This document shows, piece by piece, positions 51,617-64,000 of a DNA stretch of 64,000 nucleotides. Within the stretch, counting starts at the first letter, position 1, and the number at the start of each line of letters is the position of its first letter. The notes under the pieces were generated by a model that was not told where the DNA came from, did no database searches, and worked only from the letters and a program-made list of their open reading frames with translations. Position numbers and translations under genes: made by a program. This stretch comes from Octopus sinensis (Eukaryota): assembly GCF_006345805.1 (NCBI RefSeq), contig NC_042998.1, positions 142,972,001 to 143,036,000 of the forward strand. Direction: 5' to 3'.

Positions 51617-52011
51617 ATGGTCATATTTTGCCAATTAAACACACGCACGATATGTTTGGTGTTTACTTCAACTTGATTATTATTTTCGTTTGTCAAAGCT
51701 CTTTCATCACACATCCTGTGACCTCTTCAACAACTCTTTATTCCACGTGTCTCCTCCTGTTCTGCTTAGTCCGAAAAATGGACACAGTAGAACAAGAGGA
51801 GACTTGTGGGATAAAGAGTTGCTGAAGAAGTTACAAAGATGTGGGATAAAGAGTCGCTGAAGAAGTTACAGAGATGTGGGATAAAAAGTCACTGAAAAGG
51901 TCACAGGATGTGTGATGAAATAACTTTGACAAAGAAACAAAAATGATAATAATAAAGCTGAAATAAAGACCAAACATAAATGTGTGTGTTTAATTGGCAA
52001 AATATGACCAT
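51617..52011. mobile_element. Penelope-type fold-back with hammerhead relics in both arms and internal ~33-bp tandem repeats
   Basis: ~135-bp inverted arms; plus strand GUCA CUGAAAA G GUCAC-AGGAUGU-GUGAU GAAA...UGAC at 51888-51930; about 3 copies of GATGTGGGATAAAGAGTCGCTGAAGAAGTTACA. Confidence 0.6.
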
Positions 52012-52132
52012 CCCCAAATATAATAATATCTGTTTCAAAACACAATTTCACATCAAGAATCTTGCAAAATAAATACATAAATGTATATATATGTATATGT
52101 GTGTGTGTGTACGTATATGCATGTATATATAT

Positions 52133-52171
<39 letters not shown>

Positions 52172-52212
52172 CTGTGTATGTATATATGTGTATATATACG
52201 TGTATATATGTT

Positions 52213-52270
<58 letters not shown>

Positions 52271-52350
52271 TATAAATGTGTGTGTGTATATGATTGATTG
52301 ATTGATTGATTCTAGTTTCAGCTTATGAGCTGTGGCCATGCTGGGGCACC

Positions 52351-52388
<38 letters not shown>

Positions 52389-53112
52389 CATACATACATA
52401 TAATGCTGCTGTTGATGTGGCACTAGTGAAGTTAGGCAGGTGCTTATGGTAGTGTCAGATAGTTAATATTTTACAGTTCCTTTTCAGCTTGCACTTGGCA
52501 CAAGCTGTGTGTTTGCTGTTAAAATATTTACCAACATGTCAATGTGGGAGGTATATATAAATATATGTGTTTTTTGGTCTCCCCCATTACTTGACATCTG
52601 GTGTTGATTTGTTTATGTCCCTATAACTTAACATTTTGGCAACAGAGACCAACAATAAGTACCAGTCTTCAAAATAATTACTGGGTCGATTTGTTTGATT
52701 AGGTACTTGAGCATGTTTGCAGTCCAAGTAAAAGTTTGGTAAGTTATCAGTTTTTACTATTCCAGTGGTTATTGGCTGCTGCCCTTGATCTTCAGCAAAA
52801 TCTGTCTAGGACTACTTTTTTGCTCTCCCACTCCTCCAAGCAAGCCTATTACGAAACCATCAAGAATATATCCTGATTGTATTTGGTTTATGTAGCACTC
52901 ATTCCACTCTGAAATGGTTCCTCAACTTATCTCATGGGCAAATAAATCTCGAAGTGACACAGTTTTGCATTCTATCTTTTCCCCAATCTGATATGCTTAG
53001 TAAGGGTTGTGTTTGTGCTATTACTCAAGGTGAACATTCGTATTAGTGAGAAGAGGAAGTGACTTACTTCTCTACCAGGTCTGTTATAATGTGTGTATGT
53101 TTGAGTGTGTAT

Positions 53113-53143
<31 letters not shown>

Positions 53144-54614
53144 ATGATGATGATATATATATAATCATTATTATTAATAAACAGCAGAAATGACTCAAGG
53201 GCTGAGAATCATGCGTTGGCATTTATCAAACTTTGATAACTCTCAACCCTAATCATTTGATAACTATTAATTATAAATAAGTATATATACTCATGTTTTG
53301 TGTTCTATTTTCCTGCTTGCATCACTAAACCTAATCACACACACACACTATATATATATATATATACACAAATTTTGCTTGGAAAATGTTGGTAATGACC
53401 TCACAGTTTCAATTTGCTTACCATTATCAAACAGCTTGATAGTGGTAAGGAAGCTGAAACTTTGGAATCACTGTCAACCTTTTCTCATAAAAATTTAAAA
53501 AATACATATTCTACTAAAAAGGATGGCATAATTTTTCAATTTAATATTAAACTATTTATATAAATATAAGTTTGCATAAAAGACAAACAACCATGGAACT
53601 TTAATCATTTAGACTTTAAATGTGCTGAAACTATGATGAGTCTTGGTCGATGAGAGGATCTTTGTTGTCATTTCAACTAATTGTTTTCATGTTCTATTTC
53701 AATTTTTCTTTACACACATGCACACATGCAGTATTGTTTAAAATCCTGGTTATTCCCGATCAGACAGTTTGGAAGTCATCCCAAATGTGACCATCCCTTA
53801 TTTTTGCATAATCTTTGACTATAGCTGTCTACTTTGAATGTGAAAAATTTTAGCAAGTGTAAATGTTTGGGTATTCTACAGTATGATGCACCATTTCTCC
53901 TTCACGCAATTCTCAGGTTAAATCTGCATGATACAATGTGATAATGTCTGGATGTTTAAATTATGCAAATAATTGAGAGGGAAGAATCATCTCTCTTAAT
54001 AGATGGGTGGGGTGTGCTTAATTTTTCAACCTGGAAATACGAAACATAAAATTGACCTTTGAAGGGTTTGATCTTGCATGCAAAAATGATAGAGATTAAT
54101 TTTCCTTGAACCTTTTTTTGAATTTTTTCGTTTTCATGTAATCGTTGTTTCCTATCTCCTAATACCCTCAAAGCTGAAGTGGGTAGCCTCAGACACAACT
54201 ACCTCATCTTGTAACACAAACTCTGCAGGCCTATGCAGCAACCATACACTCTGCCAAGGTCCTCTCCATTTAATCCTTGATGTCATCATAACTCTATCTT
54301 CATTTCTGCCACTTGTGAGCCTTTCTTGTTGTCCACTCAGCCTCTGCTGGTGTGCACACACTTGTTGATGCTGGTTAGTTTTCCTCCAAGAAATTCTTTT
54401 TTCTTTACACCACACAGTTGATCTGCAGTGCTCGTCTGGAACACGTCATCTAGGACTTCATCAGTCACTTTCTGTCTGCCTATCCATAAAGTTGGTTGAA
54501 CAGACAGTTTTTACATTTTCAAACATGTCCGTTGGCTTATTTTACATAAGATGAAATATTTTAGTCTTTAAACTCAAAATATTGTTAGTTCAAACACACA
54601 TCTACAGGTACAAT

Positions 54615-54985
54615 ACTTGGACACATCTCCAGTGTTGTATACTAGGGTCACTGATGGTTTTGGATTTTATACACCCCATTCATGTCACACAACCCATGAT
54701 GATCAAGCCTTGGCTTGTCTCTTCATAGCTTTCTACTTAACCCCCACTAATCACTTTTTTTCATCCAGATACATGTTGCTTCAGCAGTCTCTGCATTGTT
54801 CTTGATGGCTCAATGCCCAGGGATCTACAGGCCTTCCTCACAATGTGACCTGCAAACTCTTGACTGACAACCTCCATCAGCAAAGACCATGTTCCTCCCA
54901 TTCTTACTGCAATCCTCTACCAACTACTGATATTTACTTCTTTTCTTCTCCTTCCATGACACAGTTAACTCCAATAGAATTAGCT
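54615..54985 (-). mobile_element. HERO/NeSL-like non-LTR 3' fragment
   Basis: ILLELTVSW..KKRSKYQ.LVEDC..., ...WMKK, then a 3'UTR similar to 59970-60120. Confidence 0.65.
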
Positions 54986-56233
54986 GCCTTAAACTAATTG
55001 ATGTAATGATGGCAAAAAGCCAAGTCTGACATAGATATATTTTATATTCTGAAAAAGTTATGATGAGAGTTTACTATGAGTTATTTTACTATTTTCATAG
55101 AAAGTATTATTGGTCATTACAAGTTAATATTTGAAATACTTAGTTAATTTATTAGGTTTACACTTGAAACTGCACTTTGCAACCACATGGTTTGGACTTT
55201 AGTCCTATTGTATGGCATCTTGGGCAAGTGTCTTCTATTATAACTCTGGGCAGACCAATGCCTTGTGAGTGAATTTGGTAGACAGAAACTGTGGGGAAGT
55301 CTGTCATGTATATATATATACAGTTCTCTGCCTCTCTTGCTCGCTTCTTCTGGGTGGATAATCTATCTCCTTTACAGTAATGTACCTGTTTCTGTTTTCA
55401 TTCTTGATTTCTCTCTCTTTCTCTGACTGGGTAGTCATGTATCTCTTCTACAGCAAGACACCTGTTTCTACCCCTCTGCCACACTCCAACCTCTCGTCAC
55501 CTGGCACAAAGCCACCTCTTTCACAACACCTCTCCCAAAGAATCTTTGTCTTACAAGTTACTTGGTGACCCCGTCAATGCTGGTGGACCCAGTCCATACT
55601 GAAAAGTTGGTGTTTGGAAGGGCATCCAGCTGTAAAAACCATGCCAAAACAGGACTCACTGGTACTGGTACCATATAAAAAGCACTCAGTCCACTCTGTA
55701 TGGTAGTTGGTGTTAGGAAAGGCATCCAACCATAAACAAATCCTACCAAAACAGACAGTGAAGTCAGGTGCAGTCTTCTGCCTAACTAGCCCCTGTCAAA
55801 CCGTCCAACCCATGCCAGCATGGAAAATGGACGTTAAATGATGATAATATCTATCTATCTATCTATTATATATTACAGTATGTATTTGAAATATACGTAT
55901 CTGCTTTAAACAGGTATTCTTTTTCTTATTTCTTTGTTATTTTACTTTGATAAAAGTCAGAAATATTAAATTTCTAAATATCTCATAGAGATATGTGCGG
56001 TGGTGGAGCGATAGAGTGGGTGTATACTGTCAACTTAACGTGACTGTCCCAAAACGTTAACCTTTTTCTTTATTTTCAACCGACATTCACCATGTACAAC
56101 TTTTTATGCTATTTTTTCGTGTGTGTTTACATTTTGTTCACCACCTTTCGAATCTTTGTCTACCTGTTGTAATCTGTCATGTAGTCCAACTGTCGTCCGC
56201 CACCTGTTCCCCTCATTCCATTTGCATTATTTT

Positions 56234-56282
<49 letters not shown>

Positions 56283-56286
<4 letters not shown>

Positions 56287-57110
56287 CTTGCTATAAATAA
56301 TGCGTATTTTTTTTTCAATTGCATGAACTAAAAGTCGGAGGGAGACGGATAAACTACCTGCACCAACTTGCTATAAAAGCAGGTAGTAATTTTACCTTGT
56401 TAGTGCAAGTTTTGAAGAGTGCAGTTCGATTTTATGTTATTTTTTTAAAAGCTATAATAGAAGTGACAAAGGAGCGTATACGGAATATTTTGCTTTTTGA
56501 TTTTCAATAAAGACAACAACGCAATGGAAAGTGCAAGGAATATTAATGCAGTATATGGGGATCAGACAGTAAACATAAGCCAGTGTCAACGGGGGTTCCA
56601 GAAATTCCGAGCCGGAAACTACAGCCTAGAAGATGAGCCTCGTCCTGGAAAATCTGTAGAGCTCGGCGAAGACGTCCTGCGAACCCTTGTCTGACAACCT
56701 TCATCAACAAAGACCATTCTCCTCCCATTTTTGCTGCAGTCCTCCACCAACTCCTGATATTTTCTTCTTTTCCTCTCCTTAACTCCGATAGAATTCCACC
56801 CCGGTGCAACAAAATCGCCTCGTAACTGTTGAGGAATTAGAGAAGTTTGGGTTTAGTCATTCAACCATTCATCGACACCTGCGTGCCATCGGAAAAGTCA
56901 GCAAATTGGACCAATGGTTTCCTCACAACTTTCCGAGTCTAATCACACGCAGGGAGTGAATGTTTGCTCTTCTTTGCTGTCACGTCTCACGAATGAACCT
57001 TTCTGGACCGAATAGTGACGGGGGATGAAAAATGGGTTATCTATGAAAATGTCAAGCACCGAAGACAGTGAGTAAAGAAAGGAGAAACACCGGCACACCA
57101 GACTAAAAAG
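56283..57110 (+). pseudogene. 3'-truncated mariner with 5' end, interrupted by a ~115-bp insertion
   Basis: After a (TA)n tract; EVTKERIRNILL..., ESARNINAVYG...SLEDEPRPG, WFPH, IVTGDEKWVIYEN motifs. Confidence 0.85.
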
Positions 57111-58143
57111 CAACACTATTTTCTGTGTTTTTATCGTTAATGAAGAAAGATACTCTGTCACAATTGGATCAAATGGATTATATATTAGCTTAATAGTTTC
57201 ATATGTCGTGATCTTTCGGTTTTGTTTGTGTGCAGACACATTTATTGTCGTAAATACACAAGTGTATCACTACTCCACCACAACAAAGACTTTTTTCACC
57301 TTTTATCTGTTGCGGTCATTGGGTTGTGGCTATGCTGGAGCACCGCTTTGAATGGTTTAATCGAACATATCGACCCCAGTACTCAGGGATTTTCCCCTTT
57401 TAAGTCTAGTACGTATTCTATCGGATACCTTTGCCGAACCGCTAAGTTACGGGGACGTAAACAAACCAACGCTAGTTGTCAGGCGGTGGGGGGCAAATGC
57501 CGACACAATGTCGCTATCTTTCTTTCACTATATATAAAATAAGAGAAAAGAAGTGGGTATAATTTAGTATTCCGTTATTTCCATTGTTATTGTGTGTACA
57601 AGAGACGGTGGGAGTTTGACGTGTTTGATATTAAAAGCCGAAACCTGTGTGGCTTAATTGTCGCACGTGGTGCGCATGCAATCATACCAACGAGTTTCCA
57701 CAGTTTCCGCCTACCAAATTCACTTACAAGGCATTGTTCAGCCCGAATTTGTAGTAGAAGATACTTACCCAAGATGCCGCACAGTGGGACTGAACCCTAA
57801 ACCACATTGCTGCAAAGCGAGTTTCTTTACCATGCAGCCATGCCTGCACCTGTTTTCTCATGACTTTCAGAAAAATAGATATTTTTCTCATGAAATTTTC
57901 TACAAATATCTTCCAGATGGTTTAAATTACGATTTTATCAGAATTTAATGTGGAAAAAAAATGTTCGACTTTGTTCCCTCACATGTTTTGATGATGTAGA
58001 TTAAAATTCTGTTGCAAAAAAGAATTTTTTTTTAGTATTATTCCACCCTTTCCCATTTGGAATTTGTTAAATGAATATATTTTGATAAAATTAAACTTTC
58101 TGAGATATCGACATATTTTTTTTAATCACAGAGACGGCTGTAG

Positions 58144-58203
<60 letters not shown>

Positions 58204-59969
58204 AATAAAACCAGAACCTTTGCCACAGACGAACAATATGTAGAGGGGTGTATTTATGTCATGTTTGAAAGTAATTTCTAATACAATTTTGCATTATAGT
58301 TTCCACATGGGTGGGCTTTTATCTACTTCCACGTAGTGTATTCTCCATTCCCACTGAAGTTTATTTCCTTACTATAGCAATCCTTCTTAGTTAAATGCCT
58401 TAAGCTTTGGACATTGCTTTCGTATGATTATGTCACTCGTGAACTTAAAAGCGTTACTCTAAACTACATACATTCTACTAGTCATCTCTACTGTATTCTC
58501 TCCCTACTCGTCTTTTACATATGATCCTTTAGTTGTTTTTTTATGAAAAAGATGACAGGATCCAAAATTGTTGTCCTTGAATATGTGTGTGTATAGATAA
58601 AGAAAGAAGACAAACCTTATGAAATAAAAAATATTGTAAAAGTGATCAACGATATTTTGTTTGTAAAAGTTTGAAAGTTGTGGGACAGTTGACTTCACAA
58701 CTGCTCAAGCCCTTTGCTCTAAGCTATGAGAGTCACAGTTTCGCTGGAATGTTGGAACTTATTGAGTGAATGGTTGCTGATACAGACTTGTCAGAATCGT
58801 TAGTTCTTCGAACAGGTTACTTTCTTAATCTCATCGAGGTCCACTTCACCTGTCCTCCTTTCAGGATCGATAAATAACGTTCCAGTTAGTTCGGCGCACA
58901 ATTCATCTTTCTCCTCTTTACTCTCAGAACTGACTTCGCTGCGACTTTGGGAGCTTCGTTGGAAATCAGTCTGTGTGATGTCAGAAACGTTTGGAGGCCT
59001 GGCAATTGACTCTCTAAAGAATTTAGAAGCCCCCTATCAACAAGGGGTGGCCGTTGTATTCGTCAATGAGTTTAAATACAAGGACTGCTTCAACGCCACT
59101 ATTGTTTCTCTGCTGAAGCGCTGCGTAGACAGCTGGGCTACTAACACGAGTGCAACAATCCAACACAGTACAGTTAAGAAGTTTGATTCTCAATTACATG
59201 GTTTCAAATTGAGTCCCGCTACCCTGCACTTTGATCAAGTGTCTTTAACTATAACCCTGGGTTGATCAAAGCCTTGTGAATGGATTTAGTGGGAAGAAAC
59301 TTATACAAGCCCGGCGTGTACATGTGTGTGTGTGTGTGTGTGTGCCTCCTTGGCTTGACATTGCATGTTAGTTGTAGAGTGTCACTGTCATACAAGCGGA
59401 GTCAATCGTTTCCAATCTTCCATAGAGACATGTCTTTCCATTGAGATATTACCTTGTTGGTAAAACAGGAAGGACATCCAGGCGTATAAAATTTGCGTCA
59501 ACGAATTCCGTTTGACCCATACAAACATGGAAAAGTGAACGTTAAAACGATGGTGATGATAATGGTATAGCTGATTGAATTGATATGTATATTTAGTGGT
59601 AATTAATCAACCTCTCCTTAATAATGGGCAAAGGTGATTCCAGTACCATTGAGCACGGTACAGAGTCGAAACTAACTTTAATCAGGAGAGCCCTGATTAA
59701 GCAGACATAAATAATGCCCTCTAGCTGTGACCATCTTGTAGTTGAATTTTCTATCTTTCTTTTTCTTTTATCCAAACATTTATCTACTACTACATTATTC
59801 AATGTGCCTTGCTCCACTCACTTTTCTTCTCAACGGGTCTGAGATTTGATAGTGATCTGGCATCTATCTCTAGCAGTCGAGCAGCTACATAGTGAGTGCC
59901 CCACCCCTCGTAAGACAATCCTCCGAAATATTTTCTACATCTCTCTCTCTCTCTCACACACACACATAC

Positions 59970-60345
59970 ACTTCCACGATGCATCTCACGGATCCTCAGG
60001 GATGCATCATCGGTGATGTTTCGGTGGGGTGGATCTTACTGGGTTTCGGGTTTTTCAACATCAGACACCCCTAGCCGGGGTTGATCCAAATCCCAGCATG
60101 CATCCCAATAGCAGCAAACCCCTGGTCTGCTTTTTTTCATCCAAAGCCACCTAATGGCCTTCTCTGCAGCTTCAGTAATGGAATTAATGGTCTTCCTCGT
60201 TGCTGTGACAGTAACTCTAAGCCCATTCAGAGCTTTGCAGAATGAACACCCAACATACCTGCCAGCTCTAGTTTCTGCATTGTTCTACCAACAGTTGGTA
60301 TTTGGCAAGCTTCTTCCACTGAGCCTTCTCCAGATTTATTGAGGA
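59970..60345 (-). mobile_element. HERO/NeSL-like non-LTR 3' end
   Basis: KKLAKYQLLVEQC and ITEAAEKAIRWLWMKK followed by a 3'UTR. Confidence 0.7.
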
Positions 60346-61609
60346 ATTTTCAGGTACGTTGAATCTACCTCCATACACGTCACCAAGATTTGATAAAATA
60401 GACCCCATGGATAGAGACGTCAAAGGTAAAATGAACGCTATAGTTATTGAAAGACCGTCGTTACGTTTTTAAGATAGCCTTTTGACACGGTTTTCATTTC
60501 TATCGCTGGATGTAATGTCCCTTTGGCGTCAACGACTCAAATATTTTGTTAAAATCTGCAAAGCTGTGTATTGTTGATATTTTTCTCTGGTGTGCTACCA
60601 GTTTTTGACCTGGTAAATAAAATCACACTTCTTAAAAAAAGAAATACATATACCACAATATTAACAATGATGGTGATGCTGCTACTGCTGGAGGTGGAGA
60701 TGGGAAGTGTTAAACCTCAGACAAATCGTATTTTCCAACCTACATTTATTATTCAGTGAAATCTTGCTTTCCTTATTCTTGGTTTTGGTTATTTATTTAT
60801 TTAGAATAGTAACGTTATCACAGCTTCTACCTTCTACCCCTGATTGCACGTGCTTGTATATTCCTCTTCCTTTCAGTTTTTCCTCTCTTTCTCATCTGTT
60901 ATATGCGAGTGTGTGTGTATACACACACATGATATATGTATATGTATATATGTACGTGCATACAAATGTGTATATATATGTGTGTGTGTGCGTGACACAC
61001 TGTGTTGTTTAATCCAAGGCCAACTCTAATCCGGCCGACCTATGACCAAAGACCATTTTGCCATCTTAGAGATATGTAGGGCTGTCTGCATTATCTAATG
61101 TGTTCTGTCTTTGCAACACCGTTGCGAGAGATCTGGCAGTTATTTCTAGCAGATAGAGCAATTACGTCGTAAAGGATACACACAAACGTTTCTATGTAGT
61201 TATTTAAAAAAAAAACAATCACATAATTAAAGTGAAGGATCACTAAACACATTTCCATTGAATACCATATTTATTTTTACTAGGAAAGTGTTGACAGAGA
61301 CTTCGAAGTGCATGAGTGTGTGTGTGTGTTTTCGTTCTTCTCTAGAATACCAATGTGTTTACACGATCAAAATAACAATCTAATTGACAACACGTGAAGA
61401 TGTAAACACATCGTCATCATAGTAAAAATTCTTTCTATATTTTCTGTTTTACGTTTTACTGCAAGAATCTTGTGGAGAGCAACATGACACCTGTTATTAT
61501 TCACTGGAATGAGAGTGGTTGTTTTTAATTAGGCAAGAAGGAGAAGATGGAATATCATTCTATCAGTTCTTACTTTTTACTATTTACCCATATTATGTGT
61601 GCGTGTGTC

Positions 61610-62057
61610 ATTCCTATACAATGGAGTCGGATATTATCTGGTACGCCCAAAACTGTTTGTTTCTTTGGAACTTGTATGGTTTTAAGTATCGTAGATTACG
61701 AATCTGAAAAAAAGAAAACAAATGTATGCTAGTGGAGATGGTGGGGAGGGCTGTTTTTCCGTAATTTTTTTCAAAAAATTGTCGATTCCCCACCTAAATT
61801 ATGTTTTAAACATCTGAGATTGTGATTCTTTGAAATTATTCACAACGTAAAACCGAAAAATGTTAAAAAAAAAACAAAAAAAAAAAACGCAAACCTGAAA
61901 GTTTACTGCAAAGGAAAGGATGTAAAAATCCTTTGTCCTGCTACCATTATATTTATCAATTTTTCAAATTTGTTGTCTATGGTGCTTAAAACACACAGTC
62001 TGAAGAAATTACAGCATTTGGTACAATTGATAATTTCCGACTCTATTCCATAGGAAT
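61610..62057. mobile_element. MITE with ~100-bp imperfect TIRs
   Basis: ATTCCTAT...GAGTCGGA.ATTATC...GTTTTAAG.A.C.TAGA arms inverted; single-arm relative at ~15990-16075. Confidence 0.65.
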
Positions 62058-62569
62058 ACCATATGTATTTGTGTGTGTGTGTGTGTGTGTGTGTAGACAC
62101 GCACATATATGTACATATGTATATAATTAGAGGTGTCAGTTTCATTATTTATCAACGTTGCCTAACAACATAGTTGAGTTTCAGTCAGTCACAGTTACTC
62201 AGACTAAAACAATTATTTTGGTTACTGTATAACCAGGCAGAGTAAGGCGTTAAGCTGGCAGAATCGTCATCATGCCAGGCAAAATGCATAGTGGTATTTC
62301 ATTCATCTTTACGTTCTGAGTTCAAATACTGCTGAGGTCGATGAAATAAGCCCCAGTTCAGTACTGGGGTGGATGTGATCGACTTACCCCCTCCATTGAA
62401 CCTGCTGGCCTTGTGCCAAAATGTAAAACCAATATTTAGTTAGAGTCCATTTCATTCTGAATTCAAACCCTACCAGGGAAGATTTTTACCTTTCATCTAT
62501 CCAGGGATGCTAAAATAAAGTATCTCTAGATTATTTGATTTCCAGCCTTGTGCTTATCTTAGAAATAAT

Positions 62570-63810
62570 AATAATCCTTTCTACAAGGCCTGAAATTTTG
62601 AGGGAAGGAGATAATTGATTATATCAACCCCAGTACTTTACTGGTACTTAATTTATTGACCCTGAAAGGATAAAAGGCAAAGTTGACCTCAGCAGAATTT
62701 GAACTAAGAACGTGCAGACAGACTAAATGCCACTAAGCATTATCCTGGTGTGCTAACAATTCTGCCTGCTCACCGCCATAATAATACTAATAATATTAAT
62801 AATCCTTTCTACTATTGGAACAAGGCCTGAAATTTGAAGGGAGAGGACAAGTTGATTGCATCAACCCCAGTGCATAACTGGTACTTATTTCATTGGCCTT
62901 GGTGAAATTTGAACTCAAAATGTAAAGACAGACAAAATGCTGCTAAGCATTTTGCCCTGCATGCTAATGATTCTGCCGGGTCACTGCCTTAGAAATAATA
63001 ATAACAAGAGTTCTCAGATAGCACAAACCTCCACCAAGGCAACACCAACTGATTAGCCAGAGAATATCTGAAATAAACTCGACTGCTCTCACAAACAAGA
63101 ATACTGAAAAATGAAACTGACTGCTCTCAAAAATGAAGTAAAAAAAACAGGAAAAACAATCCAGAATCCTTGTCCGGTACCAGATTGATCTCAAAATCTA
63201 ATCAGTTCATGCCAGTCATTAGACCAAACATCCCTGAATGTTTCATCTGAATCCATCCAGTGGTTCTTGAGATATCTTGCCCATGGACAAACAAGAAAAC
63301 ATGACTGAAAACAATACCTCTGCCTTCGCTAAGGCAAGGTAATAATAATATCAATAATCCTTTCTACAATAGGCATGAGGGCTGAATTTTGAGGGGAGGG
63401 GAACAAGTTGATTACATTGACCCCAGTGTATAACTGTTACTTATTTCATCAGCCCTGAAAGGATGAATGGCAAAGTTGACCATGGTGGAATTTGAACTCA
63501 GAACATAAGGATGAATAAAATGCTGTTAAGCATTTTGCCTGGTGTGCTAACATTTCTGCCAGGTCACCATGTTAACAATAATAATAGTAATAATAATAAT
63601 AAAAGTAATAACTCTTTGTACTATAGGCACAAGGTCAGGAATTTTGCGGGAGAGTGTAGTTACTTATTGACACCAGTGCTCAACTGGTACATGTATTTCA
63701 TCAATCTCAAATTATGAAAAGCAAAGCCAACCTTGGCAGAATTTGAATTCAAAACATAAAGATGGATGAAATGCCACTAAATAATTTGTCTGGCATGGTA
63801 ACAATTCTAC
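62570..63810 (-). repeat. Head-to-tail SINE array separated by (AAT)n
   Basis: Same unit as the intronic arrays; an opposite-orientation copy lies at ~62245-62435. Confidence 0.85.
63003..63340 (+). mobile_element. Helentron-associated (HINE/DINE-1-like) non-autonomous element
   Basis: Starts AACAAGAG; 5' AAACCTCCACCAAGG echoes the terminal hairpin ACCTCTGCCTT-CGCT-AAGGCAAGGT; inserted in an (AAT)n spacer. Confidence 0.65.
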
Positions 63811-64000
63811 TAAGAATTATTATTTAGCATTTGGTAGTTTCAGGCAGATTTCTACTGCATCACCTGCTATACCTCTGTTGCTGAGATGTGCTCAACATTG
63901 TGTGTTCTTTTTTGTTGTTAGGGGAGTACAAACTCTTCCCTGTATTGTATTGCATTTGTTTATTTTGTTATGGGGTTTCGTCGCAGTCTTTTGTTGTATT

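Noticed and set aside
54440-54470. Hammerhead start CUGAUGA-A-GUC..GAC on the minus strand
   Set aside because: No GAAA or stem III follows; truncated or chance

Overview
AT-rich, microsatellite- and retroposon-dense eukaryotic DNA, most consistent with an octopus (coleoid cephalopod) genome; this is inferred from repeat-family style, not from a database search. The only well-supported host gene is KXD1 (KxDL-motif protein, BORC/BLOC-1 associated) on the minus strand. It has four coding exons (47749-47628, 24904-24752, 19124-19078, 12438-12368; 393 nt, 130 aa) with phase-compatible GT-AG introns of about 22.7, 5.6 and 6.6 kb. The rest is transposon-derived: mariner and Tc1-like relics, TTAA piggyBac-type MITEs, Helitron/Helentron non-autonomous elements, RTE, HERO and Dong/R4 LINE fragments, tandem SINE arrays and Penelope-derived fold-backs. 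The most notable hidden layer is self-cleaving-RNA architecture. There are two type I minimal hammerhead motifs with complete catalytic cores: one in KXD1 intron 3 in the sense orientation, one in a Penelope fold-back downstream of the gene. Several decayed hammerheads sit in sequence-unrelated fold-backs, and an HDV-like fold lies at the 5' end of a non-coding RTE-like element. Almost all ORFs in the supplied track are microsatellite or repeat artefacts. Repeat boundaries were placed by eye and are approximate unless TIRs or TSDs are quoted.
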